This document shows positions 9,701-17,140 of a stretch of 43,186 bases of DNA, one piece after another. The stretch is from positions 1 to 43,186 of the forward strand of contig CAYSYH010000003.1 of assembly GCA_964435455.1 (NCBI GenBank), read 5' to 3'. The translations under genes were made by a program, and so were the position numbers. Under the pieces are notes generated by a model. That model was given only the letters and a program-made list of their open reading frames with translations. It was not told the DNA's origin and did no database searches. Each line of letters begins with the position of its first letter. The stretch's first letter is position 1. The stretch comes from an uncultured Candidatus Saccharibacteria bacterium (GTDB lineage: Bacteria > Patescibacteriota > WWE3 > 2-01-FULL-39-13 > JAACPI01).

Positions 9701-9868
9701 GTGGAAAAATTGAAAACACTGATAATAAAAACAATGAGGGATATAAAGAACAAAAAATTTCCAAAGACAAAAGAATACAGAAACTGTACTAATTGTGATT
9801 ACAAAAAACACTGTTGGCCCAAAGGTATACCTAAATTAAATTATAAAAAAGAAAGACTATTTGAATGA
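6764..9868 (+). CDS. UvrD/PcrA-type SF1A helicase fused to a C-terminal Cas4/AddB-like PD-(D/E)XK nuclease with four Cys
   Basis: Helicase motifs: AGPGTGKT, VDEFQDTN, GDDEQSIYRFQGA, NYRST, STAHKSKGLEF, LFYVALTRAK. Nuclease motifs: CPYKF.., GKVDRIDLI, KIVDYKTGK, QLIFYKIL, CTNCDYKKHC (C-x2-C-x5-C). Confidence 0.85.
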   Translation: MQQYKNIFLKEYKRLNKAQKEAVNTLQGPVMVIAGPGTGKTQILALRIANILLKTDTNPENILALTFTESGVKAMRERLNKIIGPDAFYININTFHSFSLSLINENPDIFMLNHEAKPIGELRQTQIIQNILERLSKEITELRPFGDPLWYVNLVIQAIKTLKREGITLKKYDRISTNLKKEIEMLEKKEDLKYKERTLLKNLKKQLELNLIYKEYQKELQKEKFYDFEDIINVVNEKLKNNKDFAQKYQEKFQYILVDEFQDTNSAQYLLVKNLTNYWGPNADIFVVGDDEQSIYRFQGASLENILNFKEDFPNTKLITLKNNYRSTQIILDSSRRMIRNNNITLEKHIKVINKKLIAKNKELQNKKIKYGEFSNNITESFYIGTKIKNLIKKGVNPKEVAVLVRYNNDTQDIINVLEYLKVPFKLEGGKNILNSPEVSNFIDILKTIYKIKEHGNSLNFFNFISHPTFEFDYLDNLKIAREASKKRIEIVDLILNNKEFKKLDLKYPKKYLDLVNGLIPKWHKYNKEHLFNRTFQLILEESGYLNYILKQPNYLELLNRINTLYKQVQEWTESQKNFRLQDFIKNLDLMEKFNIPIKEAEFETSSNAVNISTAHKSKGLEFKYVFLYSFTNKKWGNARKRYELELPNILKYAPKEEQNKERNEDERRLFYVALTRAKKQVYLTWSKKYYTPQGQKEGEYSMFFLELPKKNLKKIKVEKLETKTFIKKALKAHLENNSSNKDVIVNKKEEEFLEPIIKDFKLSVTALNTYLTCPYKFKLNNLLRTPRAKTKQLSFGTAIHKALERFFRELIYMEQTPKYKILEQAFLEALEKEPLTETEKEDLRKKGKKVLHKYYITYENDFKTPEYIERWFGKGLGKIYLNDIPLEGKVDRIDLIDKKNRLVKIVDYKTGKPKSRNEIEGNTQNSSGDLKRQLIFYKILCDLDRTFKYKAKKFELDFVEQTSNNKLKKEEYEITKEDVEKLKTLIIKTMRDIKNKKFPKTKEYRNCTNCDYKKHCWPKGIPKLNYKKERLFE

Positions 9869-10287
9869 AAAATAAAAAGCAACTTTGTTACTATCTAATA
9901 TTTTTAATATCTTTAACAGGAACTATAGCAAGCTTATATTTTAGCGAGGTTTTAGGTTACATACCTTGTAAATTGTGTAACTTTCAAAGAATATTTTTAT
10001 ATCCAATTACTATAATATCATTAGTGGCTTTTATAAATAAAGATAAAAATGCTGGCATAAGATATGTACTTCCCCTAGCTATTTTTGGTATGGCAATAGC
10101 ACTATACCATTATTTATTACAATTAAATATAATAAAAGAAACAATAACTAAATGTAATAGCGGAATACCCTGCAAAGAGACCTATTTTAAATTATTCGGT
10201 TTTGTAACTATACCTCTACTATCCTTTATAAATTTTTCGGCAATAATTTTTTTTATTGTACTTGGTAAAAAAAATTCTAAAGATTAA
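9865..10287 (+). CDS. bdbC: Disulfide bond formation protein, DsbB family (BdbC-like)
   Basis: LYFSEVLGYIPCKLCNFQRIFLYP, LYHYLLQ and CNSGIPC..FGFVTIPLLSF closely resemble Bacillus BdbC. The start overlaps the helicase stop (ATGA at 9865-9868). Confidence 0.8.
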   Translation: MKNKKQLCYYLIFLISLTGTIASLYFSEVLGYIPCKLCNFQRIFLYPITIISLVAFINKDKNAGIRYVLPLAIFGMAIALYHYLLQLNIIKETITKCNSGIPCKETYFKLFGFVTIPLLSFINFSAIIFFIVLGKKNSKD

Positions 10288-11251
10288 CAGTGCCCAAAAT
10301 ATAATAAAAAACAAAAATCATCAAACCCCAAATACCAATAGATATTAATAAAGGCTTATCCGAGAGTAAAGCCCTTTCTGGGGATTCCGCGTACTTACTT
10401 TCGTAAATAACATAAAGATAGCGGGCAACTATATAAATCATTACAGGTATAGAAAACATCATCCACTTAGGTGAGGGAAGTGTACTTGGTAAAAGATTTT
10501 TTATTAGTAAAGGAGTTTTGTTATTTGGAGATGTTTGAAAAGTGAATATGGAGTAAGTAATTATAGTATACGCAGCAGACATAGAAATCATAGAATTTAA
10601 TAAATAATCAGGATAACTCTTAAGTGTTTCTCTTGTAGATAAATCTATATTTTTTTCAGAAAGAACAGTACGCTCTCCCCGCCTTTTTCCAAAAGCTAGT
10701 AATAAAGAAAGGCCAATTACAAATAATATCAACCAGCTAGATATAGAAACTTCCGCAGCAACACCTCCTGCAAATAATCTAACAATAAATCCAAAAGAAA
10801 CAGTTAAGGCATCTATTATAATATATTTTTTTAAAATAAAGGTATACGCAAGCTGTAATAAAACATAAAAAATTATTAAATAAAAAAGGTAATATTCTAC
10901 TAAAGCAGAAATAAATAAAGCTAGAGATAAAAATACTATGGCAGATTTTAAGCCAAATGCCACACTTAAAGAACCACTTGCTAAAGGCCTATTTTTTTTA
11001 ATGGGGTGCAATTTATCCTTATCTAAATCTTTTAAGTCGTTTATTATATAAACAAAAGATGCTACAAAAGAAAAAGCTAAAAAAGATTCTAAAACAGGGA
11101 TTAAAGAGGAAAGTTCAAAAAATTTTTTACTAAAAACTAGTGGAATAAATACAAAACCGTTTTTTAACCATTGTCTTGGGCGTACCTCTCTTATAAGTTG
11201 GTAAAGAGTGGTTTTTTTAAAATTATTAATCCTTAACAAACTCACAATCAT
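10277..11251 (-). CDS. UbiA-family prenyl-phosphate phosphoribosyltransferase-like protein (decaprenyl-phosphate phosphoribosyltransferase homologue)
   Basis: NDLKDLDKDKLHPIKKNRPLASG matches the DPPR-synthase (Rv3806c-type) motif ND.xD.x.D..HP.K..RP.A.G. Polytopic membrane protein of 324 aa. Confidence 0.75.
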   Translation of the reverse strand: MIVSLLRINNFKKTTLYQLIREVRPRQWLKNGFVFIPLVFSKKFFELSSLIPVLESFLAFSFVASFVYIINDLKDLDKDKLHPIKKNRPLASGSLSVAFGLKSAIVFLSLALFISALVEYYLFYLIIFYVLLQLAYTFILKKYIIIDALTVSFGFIVRLFAGGVAAEVSISSWLILFVIGLSLLLAFGKRRGERTVLSEKNIDLSTRETLKSYPDYLLNSMISMSAAYTIITYSIFTFQTSPNNKTPLLIKNLLPSTLPSPKWMMFSIPVMIYIVARYLYVIYESKYAESPERALLSDKPLLISIGIWGLMIFVFYYILGTVNL

Positions 11252-11289
11252 ATTATAGTATATTTATCAACTTATAAAAAACAACACTT

Positions 11290-11760
11290 ATGTTATATAC
11301 ACCTCATTCTATCATAGGAGCTAGCATTGCTTATGTATTTCCTAATCCATTTGTAGCCCTACCCTTATCCTTTGTTAGCCATTTTCTTTTTGATGTAGCC
11401 CCACACAGCAACCCAAGCCCTAGAAAATCAAATAAAATTATGAAATTAATTATGCTTTTTGAAATAATAATTGGAACAGCTCTTTTGTTATTATTTTCTA
11501 AGGCGATAGCAAAAGATATTTATCAGTTTTATCTTATGGTAGCATCTGGATTAATTGCAAATTTACCAGATTTTTTAATGATTCCTTATGTTATTTTAAA
11601 AAAAAACTGCAAACTATGCAAAGAAATTACATTATTCCAAAAACTTATACAAACGCATGTACCCGGGAAATGGGGATATACAATCCAAATAGCTTTTATA
11701 CTGCTACTTTTTTGGTCTTTTTTAGATAAGTTGATACCGTATTTCGGACAAATATTATAA
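11290..11760 (+). CDS. Hypothetical membrane protein
   Basis: 156-aa ORF with 4 hydrophobic segments. No family recognised. Its 3' end overlaps the convergent GT4 gene by 65 nt. Confidence 0.45.
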   Translation: MLYTPHSIIGASIAYVFPNPFVALPLSFVSHFLFDVAPHSNPSPRKSNKIMKLIMLFEIIIGTALLLLFSKAIAKDIYQFYLMVASGLIANLPDFLMIPYVILKKNCKLCKEITLFQKLIQTHVPGKWGYTIQIAFILLLFWSFLDKLIPYFGQIL

Positions 11761-13222
11761 AAAATAAAACAAGACCAGAAAAAGTAAATAAAAATAAAGC
11801 TTTTGTCTTTCCAGAAGTAACCAAAGAAATTAAACCAAATGTAATGCTAACTAACCAATAAAATAAAGCTATCTTTCTTTTAGACCAACCTAAATCTAAA
11901 AGTTTATGGTGAAAGTGGTTCCTATCACCTTTAAAAGGAGATTTTTTGTTTTTAATACGCGCAAAAATTACGTATAAAGTATCTAAAGAGGGTAAAATTA
12001 AAACTAAAGAGGCTGTAGCTACTCGGGTACCAGAAAGCAAAGAAAGTCCTCCTAAAATAAGACCTAAGGAAGTAGCTCCAAACCCCCAAATTATTTTTTG
12101 GGGAGGAAAGGTATCAAAAAATAAACCCATCACAGCTCCAAAAGTTATAAAAGCTATTTTTGCGCTTAATAATTGTTCATAAGATAAAGAATCAAACCTA
12201 AGGGACAATAATCCAATAACCAAAGCAACCACAGAACTAATAGCTACAAACTGTCCATCAATCCCATTATTCCACGAAAGCATATTTGAAAGCCAAAAAA
12301 TCCATATAAAGGCAAATAAAGCCCCCCAAATAACAATAGAATGAGTACCATAAAGCGAAAAAGTATATCGCAAAAAATCCAACTTTATAGGATTACCAAA
12401 AGGATTAGGTATATAAAGCATAATAAATCCTGACAAAACCACAATTAAAATAGCTAAAGGCATAAAAAAAATCAGACGCGATAGATAGCCTAATTTTAGG
12501 CGGTCGTCCAGATAACCTGTTAAAGTAGTAATAAAAGTACCAAGTACTAAACCTAATACTCTTTGTGAATAACCAACAAATAATAAACTGGTTATCGCAA
12601 AACCAATCCAAAAAGCAATAGCACCCCCTCTAGGAGTGGGCTTTTGCAAAACCTTACCAGGCTCCTTACGTAAACTAGGATATTCTATTATCTTTAAATT
12701 TTTAGCATAATTAATAACTATCTTAGAAGAAATAAAAGTTATTAAAAAGGCCAATAAGGAGGGAATAAAAAACGTGTTAAACCAAGAGCCTAAAGAAAAA
12801 TAGGCTAATCTTGAATTATTAATTACCTGAGTTAAAGAAAAATTTAAAAGTAAACTACTAAATAAAGTAATGAAAGATATAAAATATGCAATCTCCTTTA
12901 CATTGAATTTTTGGTAAAAGTAATATAAATAATAGGCAAAACATAATATTAAAAGATTTAAAAATGGAATTATAAAAATATATTTTTTTACAGATAAAAG
13001 ATTTATCCCCCAAGGTAAAGAAAACCATAAAGGTATTTGTTCGGGCAAGTATTTAAAATAAAAAAGCAAATATATAAAACCAAGCATAAATATAATGCTA
13101 GAAGCACCTAATATCTTGTCACTAAAAGTTTTTATTAAAACAGGGTCTCCTCCTTCTTCATTTTTTTTGATGGAAAAACTATTTAAAGTATATTTTTTAA
13201 AAAAATTTTTTAAAAAAAACAT
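11696..13222 (-). CDS. Glycosyltransferase family 4 (WecA/MraY-like polyprenyl-phosphate sugar-1-phosphate transferase) with a polytopic N-terminal extension of about 170 aa
   Basis: Core motifs: LQKPTPRGGAIAFW, GYLDDRLKLG, NMLSWNNGIDG, DRNHFHHKLLDLGWS. The first ~170 residues are additional TM segments not present in canonical WecA. Confidence 0.8.
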   Translation of the reverse strand: MFFLKNFFKKYTLNSFSIKKNEEGGDPVLIKTFSDKILGASSIIFMLGFIYLLFYFKYLPEQIPLWFSLPWGINLLSVKKYIFIIPFLNLLILCFAYYLYYFYQKFNVKEIAYFISFITLFSSLLLNFSLTQVINNSRLAYFSLGSWFNTFFIPSLLAFLITFISSKIVINYAKNLKIIEYPSLRKEPGKVLQKPTPRGGAIAFWIGFAITSLLFVGYSQRVLGLVLGTFITTLTGYLDDRLKLGYLSRLIFFMPLAILIVVLSGFIMLYIPNPFGNPIKLDFLRYTFSLYGTHSIVIWGALFAFIWIFWLSNMLSWNNGIDGQFVAISSVVALVIGLLSLRFDSLSYEQLLSAKIAFITFGAVMGLFFDTFPPQKIIWGFGATSLGLILGGLSLLSGTRVATASLVLILPSLDTLYVIFARIKNKKSPFKGDRNHFHHKLLDLGWSKRKIALFYWLVSITFGLISLVTSGKTKALFLFTFSGLVLFFIIFVRNTVSTYLKKTKKVAV

Positions 13223-13224
13223 AT

Positions 13225-14766
13225 TTATCTAAACTTAGAAGTATAATAAAGGGATTTATAACGTTTTCCTAACATCATTTTTGTTTCGGCCTCTAACCAT
13301 GGTACAAAAGAAAAAGTTAATAAGTTTATATAAAGAGCTGGTATCTCTATTAAAACAATTAATATCTTTTTAAACAAGGACCATGTTTTAGGCATGGGTT
13401 TTTTTATTTTTAATCTAATATAAAAAACAGGTATTGTACCAAGCATAGTTATAGTTAATAAAATACTATTAAGCTTAGGCACAGCATATGCATAATTAGC
13501 CTGTTTTATATTTTCATTAATAAATGTAAGTAATACAAAACCAAAAGTATGTAAAAAAGCTAAGGTCCTAAGCAATACAAAATGTTCTATAGTGTTCCAT
13601 ATATGATAAATTTTATCAAAAAGGGTGGCCCTTTGGGCTTTTTTTAGTAAAACAATAGAAAGAGGAAAAGCAATTATCCCCCAACCCCACCTAAGTTGTT
13701 GCTTATATAGGCTAACATGAGAATTCAAATATCCGCTTCCTTGTGTGGCATCTAAATGTATGGGTATAAAAAAAGGTTTTCCTTCAAAATCACCATCTAA
13801 AGCTTTAAAGGCTCTCCAATAAAAAATAGTATCATCTATTCCTAAACTTGGATCCCAAAAATCTGCTTTTATTGCGGTAGTTAGAGCACAACTATAACAG
13901 GAGAACGTATCCATTTGAACAGTAGTAGTAGGCCAGTTTAAAGTAGACCAAGTAGCCAATAAAGCTATAGTTATAGCATCAGCAGCAACTCTATTAATTA
14001 CAGGGACATCATAAGTATTATTATCAAAGATATGTACAGCTGTTTCGTAAAAATAATTTTTGCGTCTTTTTGTGGTTAAATATTCATACGTTATACGAGA
14101 AAGATAATGCTTATGTAACCTAGCGTCTGAATCAAAGGTATGAAAAATATAATTATTGAAATCTTCCCCTTGGGAGTTTAAATCCTGTATAGCGTGCCTA
14201 GCAGCCCAATCTCTGTTGGGACCAGCCACACCTTGAACCTCTCCCTCTATATTTTGAGGATGAACGTAGTAAAGTATCTTTATTTGTTTTTTAGGATCTA
14301 TATTTTTTTGTATTAACTTAATATCATTTATAACCCTGTCTTTAAATTTTTCCTCAATAGCATATACTATTAATATGGAAGATTTTGGTACACTTGATTC
14401 ATTTATTGATTTAAAACTCTCTTCTAAAACTTTATAAGGCTCGGCATAAATAGGTATTATTATAAAATGTTTTAAATCTTTTAAGGATTTAGGTAAATCA
14501 GATTTGTTAGGTAATTTTTCAAAATCTAAATCTTGTACTTTTTTCCACCAATCAATCTTAGACTCTTTTTTATATCGAAAGTACCCATATAATAAACCTA
14601 AAACACCATTTATAGACCTATAAACCCAATAAATGGTTAAAAAGGTTAAAATAAATACAACTATTCCTGGAAAAAAATAACCTACAATTATGGGGGATAA
14701 TAACATAAACCAGGTTAAAAAACCGGGTATAAAAGATAAAAGTCTTTGTACAGATTTTTCACTCAT
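13225..14766 (-). CDS. Membrane-embedded family 2 glycosyltransferase (processive-synthase-like)
   Basis: N-terminal TM pair, IIIPIYAEP, FDSDARL (DxD), QQLRWGWG (QxxRW), and 4-5 C-terminal TM segments. Confidence 0.7.
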   Translation of the reverse strand: MSEKSVQRLLSFIPGFLTWFMLLSPIIVGYFFPGIVVFILTFLTIYWVYRSINGVLGLLYGYFRYKKESKIDWWKKVQDLDFEKLPNKSDLPKSLKDLKHFIIIPIYAEPYKVLEESFKSINESSVPKSSILIVYAIEEKFKDRVINDIKLIQKNIDPKKQIKILYYVHPQNIEGEVQGVAGPNRDWAARHAIQDLNSQGEDFNNYIFHTFDSDARLHKHYLSRITYEYLTTKRRKNYFYETAVHIFDNNTYDVPVINRVAADAITIALLATWSTLNWPTTTVQMDTFSCYSCALTTAIKADFWDPSLGIDDTIFYWRAFKALDGDFEGKPFFIPIHLDATQGSGYLNSHVSLYKQQLRWGWGIIAFPLSIVLLKKAQRATLFDKIYHIWNTIEHFVLLRTLAFLHTFGFVLLTFINENIKQANYAYAVPKLNSILLTITMLGTIPVFYIRLKIKKPMPKTWSLFKKILIVLIEIPALYINLLTFSFVPWLEAETKMMLGKRYKSLYYTSKFR

Positions 14767-15602
14767 TATTGTAATTTAGATAAACTTAATGCATTTTTAT
14801 AAACAATTTCTTGCAAAGATTCCGTAGAAATATTAAATATTTTAGCAATTTTAGTATATACAGGAATAACCCCTATAGGAGTGTTATGCTTGTAAACAAA
14901 AGGTCGGGGACTTAAAAAAGGAGCGTCTGTTTCTACTAAGATACGGTTTAAAGGTATATATTTCAAAGAATCCAGTACATACTCCCCCGATTTATATGTA
15001 ATTATAGAATTAAACCCAAAGTATATGTTTTTAAAAGTATTTAAAAGTTTAATAGTACGATCTTTGTTTAAATTATAACAGTGCCACACAAAATGTGCGT
15101 TTGTAAAACTCTTTAAAACATCAAAGGTAGGTTTAAAAGCCTTACGCGAATGTACTGCAAAAGGTAAATTAAAGTCTAAAGCTAATTCTATTTGTTCATA
15201 AAAAGCCTTTTTTTGTTGAGACAATAAAAGATTCTTATTTGATAACCCATTTTTTTTGAACAACTCTAATACAAAATCATCTAAATCTATACCTATTTCT
15301 CCCAAACCAATAATTAAATCAGCATATTTGGAATTTTTTAAAATATTCTTTAAGAATTTAATGTCGTATTCCAAAACATTTTCAGGGTGGAATCCAACCC
15401 AAGCTTTGAGATTATCAGGATATTTTGTACAAAAATTCAAATTTTTAAGTATATCTCTCTTGTTAGTAGATGCCAACCATAGTTTAAGAACATTTTTATT
15501 TAAGGAATCTTTTATAATTTCCTCTGGTGTAAATTTTAAATTAAAATCATCTAAAAATAAATGAAAATGAGTATCTATATAAAAACCCATAAATAATAAC
15601 AT
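14766..15602 (-). CDS. TatD-family metal-dependent hydrolase/DNase
   Basis: IDTHFHL, GEIGIDL, FAVHSR, VETDAPFL. The ATG at 15590 (MGFYIDTHFHL) is an alternative start. Confidence 0.85.
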   Translation of the reverse strand: MLLFMGFYIDTHFHLFLDDFNLKFTPEEIIKDSLNKNVLKLWLASTNKRDILKNLNFCTKYPDNLKAWVGFHPENVLEYDIKFLKNILKNSKYADLIIGLGEIGIDLDDFVLELFKKNGLSNKNLLLSQQKKAFYEQIELALDFNLPFAVHSRKAFKPTFDVLKSFTNAHFVWHCYNLNKDRTIKLLNTFKNIYFGFNSIITYKSGEYVLDSLKYIPLNRILVETDAPFLSPRPFVYKHNTPIGVIPVYTKIAKIFNISTESLQEIVYKNALSLSKLQ

Positions 15603-17056
15603 TAACTTAAACGTGGAAAAAGATTTGTTAAATGCCCAACATAATTTTTTGTTTTCTGTTTACTTAAAAGATTAAAATGCAAGAGAATACGTTCATATGT
15701 TTTAGGAAAAATAAAATTAAAAGTATTTATTAAAAATAAAAGATGCAAAAGAATATCTTGTAAAAAATCGTAAGAATCGTCTAAATTTTCCCAAGGTTTT
15801 GCTTTTTGTAATTCTTTGTCTAAAAAAGATATTTGATCTTCAAATAAAAAACATACATCTTGTAAACGATATTCTTTAACTAAAGAATCAATTTTTTGTA
15901 AATCTAATCGATTTTGCAAAGAACTAGTTAAGTTTAAATTATAGGTTTTTTTAGTAATCTCACATAATTTAGTTACCCTAGAAACTAAGTTCCCCAAGCC
16001 ATTAGAAAGAATGGACATATATTTATTGTCAAAATAATCCATAGTTACATCAGAATCGTTTTGATAAGGTAAACTTGATAAAATCAAATATCTAGAACCA
16101 TCTAATCCATACCTCTTTAATAAATGATCGGGAGTAATTACGTTACCTAAACTTTTGCTCATTTTTTGACCACCAACATTTAAAAAACCGTGTACAAAAG
16201 ATTCTTTAAATAAATTCTTTTTGGCAGATAATAGTAAGCTAGGCCAAATAACATTATGAAACCAACTTATGTCCTTTCCTAATAAGTGTACTGTATGTCC
16301 TCTCCAAAAATATTCTTTTTTGTTTATAGAAAGCGAGGAGATATAATTTAATAAAGCCTCCACCCACACATAAATAACTTGATTAGGATCATTAGGAAAT
16401 TCAATACCCCAACTTATTTTTTCTTTAGGTCTAGAAATGCTAATATCTTCCACACCCTGATCTAGTCTAGAAAGTAGTTCTTTTCTTTTATTTTCAGGAA
16501 ATATTTTTATTTTATTTTGATTTATTAACTCAGCTACCTGAGGTGCGTATTTAGATAATTTAAAAAAATAATTTTCTTCTTTTACTTCCACTACCTGATC
16601 TTTTCTATGTAAAGGACATAATCCTCTATCATCTAAATCACTCTTTGTAAGAAATTTTTCACAGCCGTTGCAATATTTTCCCGAATAATAACTTTTGTAA
16701 ATGTCCTTATTTTTAAAAAGCTGTAAAATAAATTTTTTTACAAATGTCTTATGTTTAGGGTTTGTAGTCCTTACAAAGTAATTATAACTTATATTAGATT
16801 CTTCAAACATCTTCTTCCATTCTTTAAAACGAAGATCTACATAATCTTTAGTATTATCAAAACCTGCTTTTAAAGCAGCTTGTTCAACATTAGTACCGTG
16901 TTCATCTAAACCTGTAGTAAAAAATACATTTTCTTCTCCCACTTTGTTTCTATAATAGCGGGCTAAAGAATCGGCCAGTGTTGTAGTTAAAAAATGACCT
17001 AAATGGGGAGAACCATTAGCATAATAAATGGGTGTAGTAATATAAACAGTATCCAT
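15602..17056 (-). CDS. metG: Methionine--tRNA ligase (short form, no C-terminal tRNA-binding domain)
   Basis: YANGSPHLGH (HIGH), CNGCEKF..CPLHRK zinc knuckle, GQKMSKSLGN (KMSKS). Confidence 0.9.
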   Translation of the reverse strand: MDTVYITTPIYYANGSPHLGHFLTTTLADSLARYYRNKVGEENVFFTTGLDEHGTNVEQAALKAGFDNTKDYVDLRFKEWKKMFEESNISYNYFVRTTNPKHKTFVKKFILQLFKNKDIYKSYYSGKYCNGCEKFLTKSDLDDRGLCPLHRKDQVVEVKEENYFFKLSKYAPQVAELINQNKIKIFPENKRKELLSRLDQGVEDISISRPKEKISWGIEFPNDPNQVIYVWVEALLNYISSLSINKKEYFWRGHTVHLLGKDISWFHNVIWPSLLLSAKKNLFKESFVHGFLNVGGQKMSKSLGNVITPDHLLKRYGLDGSRYLILSSLPYQNDSDVTMDYFDNKYMSILSNGLGNLVSRVTKLCEITKKTYNLNLTSSLQNRLDLQKIDSLVKEYRLQDVCFLFEDQISFLDKELQKAKPWENLDDSYDFLQDILLHLLFLINTFNFIFPKTYERILLHFNLLSKQKTKNYVGHLTNLFPRLS

Positions 17057-17066
17057 ATCAAGCTAA

Positions 17067-17095
17067 ATTTTAACAAAAAGGGATTAATTTGTCAT
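17067..17095 (-). promoter_or_regulatory. Putative promoter ATGACA-17 nt-TAAAAT (minus strand) for metG
   Basis: Plus-strand atttta at 17067-17072 and tgtcat at 17090-17095. The -10 ends 10 nt before ATG 17056, and there is no SD. Confidence 0.4.
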
Positions 17096-17140
17096 ATAGT
17101 CAGAAGATAATAGTAAAAGCATTAAAAAATTAAATTGATT

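Noticed and set aside
1783-9868. Alternative genetic code (UGA recoded as in Gracilibacteria/Absconditabacteria).
   Set aside because: TGA terminates two ORFs precisely at ATGA overlaps (1783-1786 and 9865-9868). All conserved genes are full-length under the standard code.
17057-17140. T-box or other leader riboswitch upstream of metG, and likewise 27366-27431 upstream of trpS.
   Set aside because: The regions are 84 and 66 nt, far shorter than a T-box leader (about 200 nt). They contain a -10 hexamer 9-10 nt from the ATG, leaving no leader, and no specifier or antiterminator helices are visible.
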